NCBI GenBank assembly: GCA_001917665.1
Contig: MNEL01000020.1
Location: 119 to 64,118, forward strand
Direction of reading: 5' to 3'
Source: Gemmatimonadetes bacterium 13_1_40CM_69_22
Lineage (GTDB): Bacteria; Gemmatimonadota; Gemmatimonadetes; Gemmatimonadales; GWC2-71-9
Length of the DNA: 64,000 bases
Part shown: positions 36,691 to 46,767 of the stretch, one piece after another
Layout of the letters: each line of letters opens with the position of its first letter
Position numbering within the stretch: the stretch's first letter is position 1
Position numbers and translations under genes: made by a program
The notes under the pieces: model-generated
What the model saw: only the letters and a program-made list of their open reading frames with translations
The model's database searches: none
What the model was told of the DNA's origin: nothing

Positions 36691-38712
36691 TCAGGCCGGG
36701 GCGGCCACCGGCCCGGGCTGCCACTCCGTGATGTAGCCCGTGATGGCCGACGCCGCCACGGTGTACGGGTTGGCGAGGTAGAGCTGCCCCGGACCCGAGC
36801 GTCCTGGGAAGTTGCGGTTGATCGCGCTGATCGTCACTTCATCCCGGGTCTTCGACACACCGGGCCCCGCGTTGATGCAGGCGCCGCACGAGGGCTCGAG
36901 AAACGTCGCGCCCACCTTATGGAACAGCTCGAGGTAGCCCCGCTCCTCGCAGTAGCGTTTCACATCCTGCGACCCGCACTGGATGTAAAACCGCACCCAC
37001 GGCGCGACGCGGGCGCCCCGCTCCGCCGCTTCCGCGAGCACCCGTGCATACATGTCCATGTCTTCCTTCTTCCCCGCCGTGCACGAACCCGCGTACGCGA
37101 TATCCACACGGATCCGCCGAGCCGCCGGGTCGATATGCTGGCCGTTCCCCGGGTCGCCGGGTAGCGCCATCATCGGCCGGATCGCGCCAGCGTCGATCTC
37201 GATCACCTCGCAGTACTCGGCGTCGGGGTCGCTCGCCAGCCCGGCGCACAGCCGCTCGGCGTCGCCACGCGCCATGCCGCGGTACTCCCTCAAGTACTCG
37301 ACCGTCTTCGCGTCCGGGGCGACGTAGCCGGTGAACCCGCCTACCTCGGCCGTCATATTGGTCATCGTGGCCCGCTCGTCGACGGACAGCGACTCGACAG
37401 CACCCCCACAGTATTCCACCAGCTTGCCGATGGCCTGGCCGCTCTTCACGTACGGATGCCGCAAGATCTCGAGCATGAAGTCCTTGGCCGTCACGTTGTC
37501 CGGCTTCTGCCCGCGCACTACGACCTTGACGGTTTCCGGGACCGTGAGCCGCACGTCCTTCGTGATCCACGAATTGAAGATCGCCGTCGTCCCCACGCCG
37601 AACGCCACGCACCCGACCGCGCCGGCGTGTGGGGTGTGGGAGTCCGAGCCGATGATCACCATCCCCGGCTCGGCGTGCCCCTCGAGCATCTTCGAATGGC
37701 AGATCGCCTCGGCGCCGTGGCGGCCGAGCCGCAGCTCGCCGTACAGCTTGATCCCCTGCTTCTCCGCGAACGTACGCTGCTTCTTCTCGAGCTGGAGCGC
37801 GACGTCGAGGAGCCCCTCCTTGACGCGCTCGGGCGTCATCGCTTCGGGGAGGAACGTCAGGTGGTCGCGGAACATGAGGATCGAGCCGGGATCGTAGACC
37901 TGCTCGTTCTCGCCCACGAGCTGCTCGAAGAAGATCGCGGCCATCGGCGTCACGTACTCGTGGCTGAACCGGATGTCGGTGACCACGAAGCCCTCGTCTC
38001 CCGGCTTGACGGCCGGTACGCCGATCCTTCCCCGCGACGGGTCCACCACCCAATGACGGGCGATGATCTTCTCGCCGAGCGTCATGGGCCGGCGCGGAGT
38101 CTCGGGCGGCGCGAGGACGACCTTCCCTTGGAGCCGGGCGACGTTGAAGTTGAACAGCCCGCCGTACTCGATGATACCGCGCGTGATCTCGCCCTCGCCT
38201 TGGGTGAAGGCTGCGAGCGGAATCGCCTCGCCCCGCCGCACTCGGTCGATGATCGAGAAGTCGGTAGTGGTGAGGATCCCCAGATTCTGGCAATTCTCCC
38301 GGTAGATCCGCTCGATATTCTCGGCGATGACCAGTTTGATGCCGGCGCACATCTCGGCGTACGGCGACTGCTCCCGCGACGAGCCCTTGCCGCGCCGCTT
38401 GCCGCTGACCGACGCCACGAAGCGGCCGCCCTTCACCGATCCCCGAGTGATCGGGAACTCCTCGCCGCATTTCAAGCCCAGGTACGGGAAGTCGCCCAGC
38501 GTTTCGTCGTAGTAGTAGCAGATGTAGGCAGGCGTGATCTCGTCGGTCGAGATGTTGTCGCGCAGCGCGATGGCGGGGGTCCAGTCCAGGTCCTCCCCCG
38601 CGAGCTGGCTGCGCACCAGCGCGGCATCCTCGGCCAGAAACAGGACACGGCCCTCGAGCCGGACGAGATCCGGGAGCCGCGCGACCGGGCGGGCCTGCAG
38701 CGCTTGCAGCAT
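36691..38712 (-). CDS. Aconitase/isopropylmalate dehydratase family, swivel (LeuD-like) domain fused N-terminal to the LeuC-like domain
   Basis: DNISTDEITP and GKGSSREQ, then DH, ICH, GSDSHT, GSCT, CGAC, NRNFPGR. Confidence 0.88.
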   Translation of the reverse strand: MLQALQARPVARLPDLVRLEGRVLFLAEDAALVRSQLAGEDLDWTPAIALRDNISTDEITPAYICYYYDETLGDFPYLGLKCGEEFPITRGSVKGGRFVASVSGKRRGKGSSREQSPYAEMCAGIKLVIAENIERIYRENCQNLGILTTTDFSIIDRVRRGEAIPLAAFTQGEGEITRGIIEYGGLFNFNVARLQGKVVLAPPETPRRPMTLGEKIIARHWVVDPSRGRIGVPAVKPGDEGFVVTDIRFSHEYVTPMAAIFFEQLVGENEQVYDPGSILMFRDHLTFLPEAMTPERVKEGLLDVALQLEKKQRTFAEKQGIKLYGELRLGRHGAEAICHSKMLEGHAEPGMVIIGSDSHTPHAGAVGCVAFGVGTTAIFNSWITKDVRLTVPETVKVVVRGQKPDNVTAKDFMLEILRHPYVKSGQAIGKLVEYCGGAVESLSVDERATMTNMTAEVGGFTGYVAPDAKTVEYLREYRGMARGDAERLCAGLASDPDAEYCEVIEIDAGAIRPMMALPGDPGNGQHIDPAARRIRVDIAYAGSCTAGKKEDMDMYARVLAEAAERGARVAPWVRFYIQCGSQDVKRYCEERGYLELFHKVGATFLEPSCGACINAGPGVSKTRDEVTISAINRNFPGRSGPGQLYLANPYTVAASAITGYITEWQPGPVAAPA

Positions 38713-38792
38713 ACGCGAAAGATGAACCCCTTGCTCCGAGCCGAGCAAGCCGATTTGCTTCGGGGCACCGGACCGAACGCTGGAGGTCGAGG

Positions 38793-40424
38793 ATGTCTCC
38801 GTGCTGTCGATTTGCTGTCACGATACTGCTCGCCACGCCGGTCGCATCGCTCGGCGGCCAGCAACGGGCACCCGCGTTGCCACCCGTGAGCACCGCAGCG
38901 ATGGACGCCCACCTCCGCTATCTGTCCGACGACTTGCTCGAGGGGCGTGCCCCGGGCACGCGCGGGGGCCGCCTCGCCGCTCAGTACGTCGCGGCGCAGT
39001 TCCAAGCGCTCGGTCTAGCGCCTGCGGGGCCCGACGGCTCCTACTTCCAGCCGGTCGCGCTCGTCGGCCTCACGCCGCATCCGTCGCTCATGTGGGGCAC
39101 GCCCGGCGCGCCGCAACCACTCAAGCCGCTCGACGACTTCGTCGCGTGGGCTGAGCGCCCGGAGCCCGAGATCACGGCTGACGGCGAAGTCGTGTTCCTG
39201 GGCTACGGTATTCAGGCGCCCGAGTGGCAATGGGACGACTACAAAGATGTGAGCGTGCGCGGCCAGGTCCTGCTGATGCTCGTGAACGACCCGGGGCTCC
39301 AGGACTCGACGGTTTTCAACGGCCGCGCGCTCACCTACTACGGCCGCTGGACTTACAAGCTCGAGGAGGCAGCCCGGCGCGGGGCGCTCGGCGTCCTCCT
39401 GATTCACACCACCGCCAGCGCGACGTACCCGTGGGAGGTGGTGCGCGGGTCATGGTCGGTGGAGCAGTTCAAACTGGACCGCGTGGCGGCGCAGGGCATC
39501 GCGTTCGCCGGGTGGGTCACCTCCGACGCCGCCCGGGCTGCGCTCTCCCGCGCCGGCTTCAACCTCGACTTCCTGAGCCGTGCCGCCGCGCGGCGGGACT
39601 TCCGGCCGGTCCCGACCGGCCTGCACGTGGCGGTCGATATCATCAGCGCGCTACGTCGCGTCCGCTCCGAGAACGTGGTGGCGAAGCTGCCGGGGAGCGA
39701 CCCGAGACTCGCGAGCCAGGTCGTACTGTTCACCGCTCACTGGGACCACAAGGGGATCGGCCCCGCGGTCAACGGTGACTCGATCTACAACGGCGCGGAG
39801 GACAACGCGTCCGGCGTCGCCGCGATGCTCGCGACGGCCCAGGCGCTCAGCCACGCGACTCCCCCGCCGCGACGCACCCTGCTGTTCGTCGCGACGACCG
39901 CCGAGGAGAGCGGCCTGCTCGGCAGCCAGGCATACGTGCAAAGCCCGCTCGCGCCGCTCGAGCGCACGGCGGCGGTGCTGAACCTCGATGTCACGAACGT
40001 GCGCGGCGCCACGCGGGACATCGACGCTCTCGGGATCGACCGCTCCACTCTCGGACTGGTGTTTGAGAGCGCGGCGCGGGCTGAGTCGCTCGCGGTCGTC
40101 CACGAGCCGGACGTGCGTGGCTCGTTCTACCGGTCGGACCACTTTCCCTTTGCAAGAGCCGGGGTGCCGGTGCTCTCGATCGAGGCGGGAAGAGATTTCA
40201 TCGGGCGGCCTGCCGGATGGGGCAAGGAGCAGGATGAGCTGTACAACCGGGAGCGCTACCACCAGCCGAGCGACCAGTACCGGCCGACCTTCGCCTACGA
40301 AGGGATGGCGCAGGAGGTCCGCGTCACGATGCGGGTGGCTCTCGCGGTGGCGAATGCGCCCGAGGTGCCGCGCTGGTTGCCAAACTCGGAGTTCAAGCGT
40401 CAGACCAGCCCGCCGACGCCCTGA
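38793..40424 (+). CDS. M28 family peptidase with PA domain
   Basis: EGRAPG, TYYGRWTYK.EEA, AHWDH, NGAEDNASG, AEESGLLGS, RSDH, YHQPSD. Confidence 0.92.
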   Translation: MSPCCRFAVTILLATPVASLGGQQRAPALPPVSTAAMDAHLRYLSDDLLEGRAPGTRGGRLAAQYVAAQFQALGLAPAGPDGSYFQPVALVGLTPHPSLMWGTPGAPQPLKPLDDFVAWAERPEPEITADGEVVFLGYGIQAPEWQWDDYKDVSVRGQVLLMLVNDPGLQDSTVFNGRALTYYGRWTYKLEEAARRGALGVLLIHTTASATYPWEVVRGSWSVEQFKLDRVAAQGIAFAGWVTSDAARAALSRAGFNLDFLSRAAARRDFRPVPTGLHVAVDIISALRRVRSENVVAKLPGSDPRLASQVVLFTAHWDHKGIGPAVNGDSIYNGAEDNASGVAAMLATAQALSHATPPPRRTLLFVATTAEESGLLGSQAYVQSPLAPLERTAAVLNLDVTNVRGATRDIDALGIDRSTLGLVFESAARAESLAVVHEPDVRGSFYRSDHFPFARAGVPVLSIEAGRDFIGRPAGWGKEQDELYNRERYHQPSDQYRPTFAYEGMAQEVRVTMRVALAVANAPEVPRWLPNSEFKRQTSPPTP

Positions 40425-40612
40425 GTGCAATCCGTTGCATTGCTTGTAATGTGGCGAGCAGAAGGCAGTTACGGGTCTTGGTCCGGCCAGTTCTCCAGCG
40501 CCTCTGGCCGATTCCGAGGCCGCCGAATAAGTTTGCGCCCGCTTTTTGACAGTCCCGTCTCCCGCACTCGTCACCGCGGAGCGAGCCCCTGGAACTCCCG
40601 ACATCCCATCGG

Positions 40613-41728
40613 TTGCCGCTGTCCTGGCTGCTCGAGGCGGCAAGCCCACCGATCCAGTACCGCGCCTACGCCGAAGTTGTGCGGGAGAGCGAGCGCGATC
40701 CGGAACGACTCGCCGTGCTGCGCCAGGCCGTCTTGGAGTACAAGGTCGCTCTGGCGATCGCCCGCAAGCAGAAGTCCACGGGGCTGTGGGGCGGCAACCT
40801 CCTCGGGCCGAACGCCTCGAAGGCGTACGGTTGGCATGAGCCCGGCACCGTGTTTCAGTACCGCCGATTGCTCGAGATGGGCTGGCCGCCGACCGAGCGG
40901 CCGTTCAGGCTCGCGGACCGGCTGCTGTTTCAGTTGCTGTCGCGCATCGAGCCGGACGACCCGGACCGGGCGGTTGCCCAGCGGGCTCAAGAGCTGCTGG
41001 CAGAGTACCAAAAGCCCGCCCGGACCGACTCCGGACTCGGCCGCTGGGCACGGCGGCTCGGCCGGGAGGCGGCGGCATGCGCGCTCGCGCGCGCCGGCCA
41101 CATCGACGACCCGCGAGTGCGCGGGACCGCGCATACGATCGCCAGTAACATCTCACAGTTCCTGCGCAGCGAGCTCGCTGGGAAGCCGTTCAGGAAGGCG
41201 CACGGCAAGACGGTGCTCGAGCCCGCGGCCTACCCGCCCACCGTTTTCGCGGTCGAGATGCTCGCCTGCCTCCCTCCGGTGCAGCGGGAGCGCGCGGGGT
41301 TCATCGAACGGTTGGGGCAGTATTTCTCGGCGCCGGCGCCGCGTCGCGCGTTTTTCATCCTGGCTGGCAAGAAGCTGTTCAAGCCGATGTTCGAGCTGCT
41401 GGGCGACCCCCTGCGCTCCGACGCTCAGGGCCACATCAGCGACATTCCGTTCGCCGTGTACTGGCTCGAGCTCCTGGCCCGGCTCGGCCTGGCGCGCCAG
41501 ATCCCGAGCGCCAACCGCGTGCTCGCCCGTCTCTACAGCGAGTGCGACGACCAGGGGATTTGGAGCCCGAAAAGCCTGCGAGCCATGCCCAAGGCCACGA
41601 ATCCTGTCACGGCCCACTATTTCCCGCTCGAAGGGCCCGGGAAGAGTCCCGCTCAGCGACAGACCGACGTGACGTTTCGGCTGGGGCTGATCGCGCGGCT
41701 CATGGGGATCCCGGTCGAGGTGGTGTGA
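40613..41728 (+). CDS. Hypothetical helical protein (prenyltransferase/alpha-alpha barrel-like)
   Basis: Coding-like frame; WLLE...IQYR and Q..G.W motifs; start uncertain. Confidence 0.6.
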   Translation: MPLSWLLEAASPPIQYRAYAEVVRESERDPERLAVLRQAVLEYKVALAIARKQKSTGLWGGNLLGPNASKAYGWHEPGTVFQYRRLLEMGWPPTERPFRLADRLLFQLLSRIEPDDPDRAVAQRAQELLAEYQKPARTDSGLGRWARRLGREAAACALARAGHIDDPRVRGTAHTIASNISQFLRSELAGKPFRKAHGKTVLEPAAYPPTVFAVEMLACLPPVQRERAGFIERLGQYFSAPAPRRAFFILAGKKLFKPMFELLGDPLRSDAQGHISDIPFAVYWLELLARLGLARQIPSANRVLARLYSECDDQGIWSPKSLRAMPKATNPVTAHYFPLEGPGKSPAQRQTDVTFRLGLIARLMGIPVEVV

Positions 41729-41794
41729 GAGGCACGGGGGCGCGCGCGGCGCGGGGGAGCGATGAGCACCACCTTGCGGCGAGCGTGTTAATAA

Positions 41795-41816
41795 CGTAGT
41801 AGTAACTACTACTACG
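41795..41816. promoter_or_regulatory. Palindromic operator upstream of the TrmB-like gene
   Basis: Perfect CGTAGTAGT-N4-ACTACTACG ending 2 nt before the ATG. Confidence 0.75.
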
Positions 41817-41818
41817 CG

Positions 41819-42481
41819 ATGCCAGACGTCGACCTCACCCCGTTCGGATTCACTCCCACTGAGTCCGTCGTGTATGCAGCGTTGCTGCGGCTCGGCCCGT
41901 CCACGGGGTACGGGGTGGGGCACGCCACGCGGCTCGCACGCGCCAACGCCTATGCCGCGCTCGCAGGGCTCGTCACCCGCGGGGCCGCTCACCGGACCCC
42001 CGGCCGCCCCGTGCAATATCGCCCCACCGACCCCCAAGCACTGCTCGCTCACCTCGCCGCCCAGCAGGGAGAAGCACTCGACCGGCTCAGTCGCGCGCTT
42101 GAGGACGCGAGTCACCCGACGGAGCCCGAGACTCGCGTCGTGGCCGGCGCTCGCGCCGTGGCCAACCTCATCCAGCAGCTCGTCGCTCGGGCCGACCAGA
42201 CGATCCAGGGGATCCTGGCCGCAGAGCTGTGGCGCCCGACGCTGCCCGCGTGGCGGCGTGCCACAACCCGGGCGGCGCTCGACGTCCGCCTGGCGGGCGA
42301 GAGCTCCGACACCGATGGCATCACGCAGGGCGCGGTCCCCGCAGGCACGCCCACGCTGCTGCTGATCGACGACACCCGAGTGCTGACCGTCTCGGGAACG
42401 GGCGAGCAGATTACCGCGCTGTGGAGCACGCATCCGCTCATTGCGACGCTGGCCCGCGCCGCGCTGCGCAACGTCACCTGA
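41819..42481 (+). CDS. TrmB family transcriptional regulator
   Basis: FGFTPTESVVYAALLRLGPSTGY...RANAYAALAGLV..G wHTH. Confidence 0.85.
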   Translation: MPDVDLTPFGFTPTESVVYAALLRLGPSTGYGVGHATRLARANAYAALAGLVTRGAAHRTPGRPVQYRPTDPQALLAHLAAQQGEALDRLSRALEDASHPTEPETRVVAGARAVANLIQQLVARADQTIQGILAAELWRPTLPAWRRATTRAALDVRLAGESSDTDGITQGAVPAGTPTLLLIDDTRVLTVSGTGEQITALWSTHPLIATLARAALRNVT

Positions 42482-43479
42482 TGCGCCGGCTGCCGCTCGC
42501 CCTGTTCGCCACGCTCGCCGCCTGCCGCGCGGCGCCGATTCCGGACGGCGAGCGGTTCCCGGCCGGAACGCAATTCACGGCGCGCTTCCTTCAGGTCGGC
42601 GACACCAAGGTCCGGTATATCGACGCCGGGGAGGGGACGGCCGTGATCTTCATCCACGGGCTGGGGGCGTCTCTGTACGCCTGGCGGAAAAACCTCGCCC
42701 CCGTGATAGCGGCGGGATTCCGGGTGGTGGCGTTCGACAATCGGGGCTTCGGCTCCTCCGGCAAACCGGCGCAGGGGTACACGAACGCCGCCTATGCGCG
42801 CCTCGTCGCGGCACTGATGGACTCCCTGCACCTCCCCGATGCCGTGCTCGTGGGTCACTCGATGGGGGGCGAGATCGCCGGCGAGGTGGCGATCGCCTTC
42901 CCGCACCGTGTACGCGCATTGGTCCTGATTGGGGCTGTGGGACTCGGCACGCGCGAGCCGCTGCTGTTCCGAGTCGCCCGGTGGCCCGTGGTGGGGCCCG
43001 CGATCCTCGCGTTCCGGGGCCGGGGATTCGTCGCGCGGCTGCTCAAGTCTACGTATGCCGACCCCAACAAAGTGGGCGAGGCGGATGTGGACCAGTATTA
43101 CGCCCCGGTCGCCGAGCCGGACTACGGTCGGGCGCTGCGGGGAGTGTTGCGGGAGTTCCGGCTCGACGGGTTGGCAGGGCGGCTCGGCGCGATTCAGGCG
43201 CCCACGCTGGTGCTGTGGGGGGAAGCGGACCGCTGGGTGCCGATCGCCCGGGGCCGCGCGCTCGCCGCCCAGCTCGAGCGCTCGGCGTTCCTCTCCGTGC
43301 CGCACGCCGGACACTCGGTGCAGGAGGAAGCGCCCGGGGAGGTGAACCGCCTGCTGATCAAGTTCCTCAAGCAGGGCCTGCCGCGCGTACCGGAGAACCT
43401 CGCATCGCTCACGGACTGGCGCGGCCGCCGGAGGGATATAGATTTCATCAACCGGATGGTTGAGCGAATCGCCCCCTGA
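42481..43479 (+). CDS. Alpha/beta hydrolase (possible lipoprotein)
   Basis: FIHGLG, DNRGFG.S, GHSMGG, WGEAD, GH; TGATG coupling to the TrmB gene. Confidence 0.9.
   Translation: MRRLPLALFATLAACRAAPIPDGERFPAGTQFTARFLQVGDTKVRYIDAGEGTAVIFIHGLGASLYAWRKNLAPVIAAGFRVVAFDNRGFGSSGKPAQGYTNAAYARLVAALMDSLHLPDAVLVGHSMGGEIAGEVAIAFPHRVRALVLIGAVGLGTREPLLFRVARWPVVGPAILAFRGRGFVARLLKSTYADPNKVGEADVDQYYAPVAEPDYGRALRGVLREFRLDGLAGRLGAIQAPTLVLWGEADRWVPIARGRALAAQLERSAFLSVPHAGHSVQEEAPGEVNRLLIKFLKQGLPRVPENLASLTDWRGRRRDIDFINRMVERIAP
43448..43463. promoter_or_regulatory. Putative TetR operator
   Basis: TCAACC-GGAT-GGTTGA palindrome just after TAGATT (43439-43444) and upstream of the tetR gene. Confidence 0.6.
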
Positions 43480-44066
43480 AACCTAAGCTGGGCAACCCCA
43501 GAGCATTACGGATCATCACCGCCGCCAGGGACGAGTTCGCCCGGCGCGGCTTCGATGGCGCCCGCGTGGACCAGATCGCTCGGCGCGCCGGTGTCAACAA
43601 GCAGCTGCTGTTCTACTACTTCCACTCCAAGCGCGGACTGTTTAACGCCGTGCTCACGCGCGGCGCCGCCGAGCTGGAGCAGGCGCTCGCCTCGCTCGCG
43701 GTCGGCGGCGAGGGGCCGCTCGATCGCATGGGCGCGGCGCTGGCGGCACAGTTCGACTTTCTCGCCGCCCACCCCGATCTCGTCATGCTGCTCACGCAGG
43801 CCGGCCGATCCGACGCCCGGCCGTTTGCGCCGGCCATCAAGCGGCTGGTCATCCTGCTCGCCGAGGGACAAGGGCTGGGCCAGGTGCGCGACGACGTCGA
43901 CCCACACTTGGCGGCGGCGCAGGCGCTGGTGCTCATGGTCGCCTATCTCGGCCTCGAGTCGCTCATTGCCGCGAGCGCCCCGCCGCTCGGCGCCGACGAG
44001 CCGGCGTTGCGCGCGCGCTGGAAGGAAGCCGCGGTGAAGCTGGTGCTGGAGGGAGTGAGGGCCTAG
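43476..44066 (+). CDS. TetR/AcrR family regulator (RutR/NicS-like HTH), non-canonical start
   Basis: RIITAARDEFARRGFDGARVDQIARRAGVNKQLLFYYF; helix 1 lies upstream of the tracked GTG at 43566. Confidence 0.85.
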   Translation: MKPKLGNPRALRIITAARDEFARRGFDGARVDQIARRAGVNKQLLFYYFHSKRGLFNAVLTRGAAELEQALASLAVGGEGPLDRMGAALAAQFDFLAAHPDLVMLLTQAGRSDARPFAPAIKRLVILLAEGQGLGQVRDDVDPHLAAAQALVLMVAYLGLESLIAASAPPLGADEPALRARWKEAAVKLVLEGVRA

Positions 44067-44110
44067 GAAGAGACTTCGAGGCCGAGTGCATCGGGCGGGC
44101 CGGCCGACCG

Positions 44111-46648
44111 TCACCAATTCAGCCAGTACGACGCTTTCACGAGGAAGGTGTTTTCCGGGTGGAGGCTGAACAGGTCGCGGAAGTCACCGGCGAGCGACCG
44201 CGTCCCCGTCGCCCCGAGGAAGTCGCCCCGACGTTGCGCCCAGACGACGAACAGCGTCGAGCCGGGCCGATACTCCCACCGCAGCACGACGTTGGAATTG
44301 AACTGCTTGAAGTTGAACCCACTGGCGACGGTGCCGAAGTACGGCTTGAACCGGTCGTCGTACGCCGCAGCGCGCGGATTGGCGAGCTCGCGCGGGTTCG
44401 CGTACGTGCCCTTGCTCACGAACGGCTGTGCGTAGACCTGGAGCGTGAGGTCGGGCGTTATCGTGTAGTCTACCCGCCCGGTCAGCGACAGGGTCTTCTG
44501 GTTCAGGTGGGCCAAGGGGTAGTGTGTGGCGCCGGTGGAGTCGGTGACGGGGCCGAAGGGCTGGGTGTTGTCGATATTGTGCGTGACGCTGATGCCGATC
44601 GTTGTGTTGAACTGCGACGCGATGCGCACCGATACCTGCGAGCCCATGTTGACCGACTCGGACCGGCCGCCGTCCCCACGCCAATAGTTCGCCCACAGAG
44701 CGGGCACCACAACCGGCCGGCTGTCGCCGTCCCACTCCGCCCAAGAGGAGACAATTGGATCGACCCGCACGGCCGGGCCACCGCGAGCGCGGCGGTCGTC
44801 GAGCGTCGTGCCAAGGTGACCCAGTGTCGTGCCGGCGTGCAGCCACCAGCGGTTCTTGAGCTGCACGTGAACATTGGTGTTGGCAGCGCGCTCGAGCGGC
44901 AACCCGGCGCCCGTCCAGAATTGCCACCAGTTGAAGTTCCAGAACGCGGTCTGGTACAGCGAGCTCGGATGCAGCGACTGCACCCCGAACCAGTTGTTCC
45001 AGCTCTGCTGGTCGGCGCGGAGCAAGAAGCCGAGGTCGTTCACCTCGAAACCCGGGGAGCGGCGCTGATAGCTCGTCTCGAACCGGGTGATCCCCCCGCC
45101 CACCTTGCCGAAGAGCAGCTCCTCCGCGTCGCCCGCGAGCGACGTCCTGGTCGAGTCGAAGGGGAGACCGGCGTCGGGGCGCTGGTAGTAGTGCACCGGG
45201 TCCCGTTGGGTCGCCGTGATCGCCGACGGCGTTCCCGCCACCCGGCTCAAGTCCACAGAGCCGGAGAGCTGGTAGCGGCTCCCCAAGAAGCGGTGGCGAA
45301 AGTCGAGCGCGCCCACGTACGCGCTGTGGCGGAGCGAGGCGTCCGTCAGCGGGTCGAGGCTGCGGTTCACCGCCGTGGCCAGGACGCCGACGCCGCTCCC
45401 GCCGTTGCGGAAGTCCTGCTGCGCGCGGATGGCCGCGTAGTTGGCGGCAGGCTCGGTGGTGCGGTCCGCGTTGCCGGCGGCGCGCCGCGTAACTGCGTCG
45501 AGCACACCGACCGTCTGCCCACCGGGCAACCGGCCGGTCAGCTTCGCCGCGCTGTAGATCGTGGTGGCGATAGGCGACTCGGGATCGCCGCGGCCGAGTT
45601 GCGGGGCCCGCCCGATGCGACGCGAGTAGAACAGCCGCTCACCGTTGCAGTTCACCTGGCTGCAGTTCACGTTGAAGCGGAAGATCCCTGTGCCCGCGAC
45701 GAAGAAGGGACGGCGCTCCTGGAAGAAGGTCTCGAAGGCCGTGAGGTTGAGGACAGCGGGGTCGGCCTCCACTTGCCCGAAGTCAGGGTTCACGGTGGCG
45801 TCGAGCGTCAGGTTGGAGGTGAGCCCGTATTTCAGGTCCGCCCCTCCTGTGAGCTTCTGGGACCGATCAAAGCTGTTGCCGGCTGCGACCGACACGTTCT
45901 TCGTCACCGCGTACGGCGCGACCTCCAGTCGGCGCGGTGCGGGGAGTCCCACCAAACCGGTGACGTCCCCCAGCTGGGAGGCGAAGCCCGCCTTCGATTG
46001 CCGGTACACCGGCCAGGCGACCCGCTCCGAGTACCGCTGGATGTCGCGCCACACGGCGAAGCCGAACGTGTTCGTGTCCGCATGCGCGTAGCGCAGCTGC
46101 GACAGCGGTATCCGGAACTCCGCCGTCCAGCCGAGCGAGTCCACGGTCGTCGCCACCTCCCACACCCCGTCCCACGCATCATCCTCGTTGTTGTCGTTGT
46201 AGATCGCGTAATCGCGCTTCACGCCCGCGGGGTTGACGGCGAACTCGTACCCGGTGCGCCGGTCGTGATAGGAGTCGATCACGATCTTGAGCTGGTCCGT
46301 CGGCGCGCGCACGTCGCGACGCGCCAGGATTTTCAGGATGCTGTCGGGATGGGGATCGAAGGCGCGGATGAACGCGTAGAAGTTGTGGTCGTCGTAGCCG
46401 ACCTTGGCTTCCGTGGGGAACCGCGGGTCGCCGTCCTCCCGCGGCGAGAACTCGCGGAAGGCCGTGATGGCGGGTGCTTCGCGCCACACCTCGTCGTCGT
46501 CCTTGCCGTCGATGACCACGACGCGGACCGCCCGCCGGGCGACGACCGTGGTGGCAGTGGGCGCCGGCGGCTTGCCGGCTTCGGCGGTGGGGCTGCCGTA
46601 CGCCTGGACGACGACCATGACGGCGAGCATGGGCACGGCGGCTGGCAT
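44111..46648 (-). CDS. CBM9-like plus DUF5916 outer-membrane protein
   Basis: IDG..D...W, WTAEFRIP.SQLR, TVNPDFGQVEAD, FFQERRPFF, FYSRRIG; terminal KASYW. Confidence 0.85.
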   Translation of the reverse strand: MPAAVPMLAVMVVVQAYGSPTAEAGKPPAPTATTVVARRAVRVVVIDGKDDDEVWREAPAITAFREFSPREDGDPRFPTEAKVGYDDHNFYAFIRAFDPHPDSILKILARRDVRAPTDQLKIVIDSYHDRRTGYEFAVNPAGVKRDYAIYNDNNEDDAWDGVWEVATTVDSLGWTAEFRIPLSQLRYAHADTNTFGFAVWRDIQRYSERVAWPVYRQSKAGFASQLGDVTGLVGLPAPRRLEVAPYAVTKNVSVAAGNSFDRSQKLTGGADLKYGLTSNLTLDATVNPDFGQVEADPAVLNLTAFETFFQERRPFFVAGTGIFRFNVNCSQVNCNGERLFYSRRIGRAPQLGRGDPESPIATTIYSAAKLTGRLPGGQTVGVLDAVTRRAAGNADRTTEPAANYAAIRAQQDFRNGGSGVGVLATAVNRSLDPLTDASLRHSAYVGALDFRHRFLGSRYQLSGSVDLSRVAGTPSAITATQRDPVHYYQRPDAGLPFDSTRTSLAGDAEELLFGKVGGGITRFETSYQRRSPGFEVNDLGFLLRADQQSWNNWFGVQSLHPSSLYQTAFWNFNWWQFWTGAGLPLERAANTNVHVQLKNRWWLHAGTTLGHLGTTLDDRRARGGPAVRVDPIVSSWAEWDGDSRPVVVPALWANYWRGDGGRSESVNMGSQVSVRIASQFNTTIGISVTHNIDNTQPFGPVTDSTGATHYPLAHLNQKTLSLTGRVDYTITPDLTLQVYAQPFVSKGTYANPRELANPRAAAYDDRFKPYFGTVASGFNFKQFNSNVVLRWEYRPGSTLFVVWAQRRGDFLGATGTRSLAGDFRDLFSLHPENTFLVKASYWLNW

Positions 46649-46714
46649 ACCGGACCTTTGGGGGTACCGGGGACTTAGACGCGTCCGGGGCCGAAATGGT
46701 TGCACCAACGCGCA

Positions 46715-46745
46715 GGCCCCCGGGGAGAGCAACCCGCCGGGGGCC
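46715..46745 (-). terminator. GC-rich hairpin downstream of lon
   Basis: GGCCCCCGG/CCGGGGGCC stem without a U tract. Confidence 0.4.
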
Positions 46746-46767
46746 CGATGCGCCGCGTTGCGCCCGC

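Noticed and set aside
40426-40439. TGCAA-TCCG-TTGCA dyad after the M28 gene
   Set aside because: Short, single instance with no assignable regulator
43474-43486. CCC-TGA +1 programmed frameshift
   Set aside because: The +1 frame stops at TAA 43484; the TetR gene is in the -1 frame
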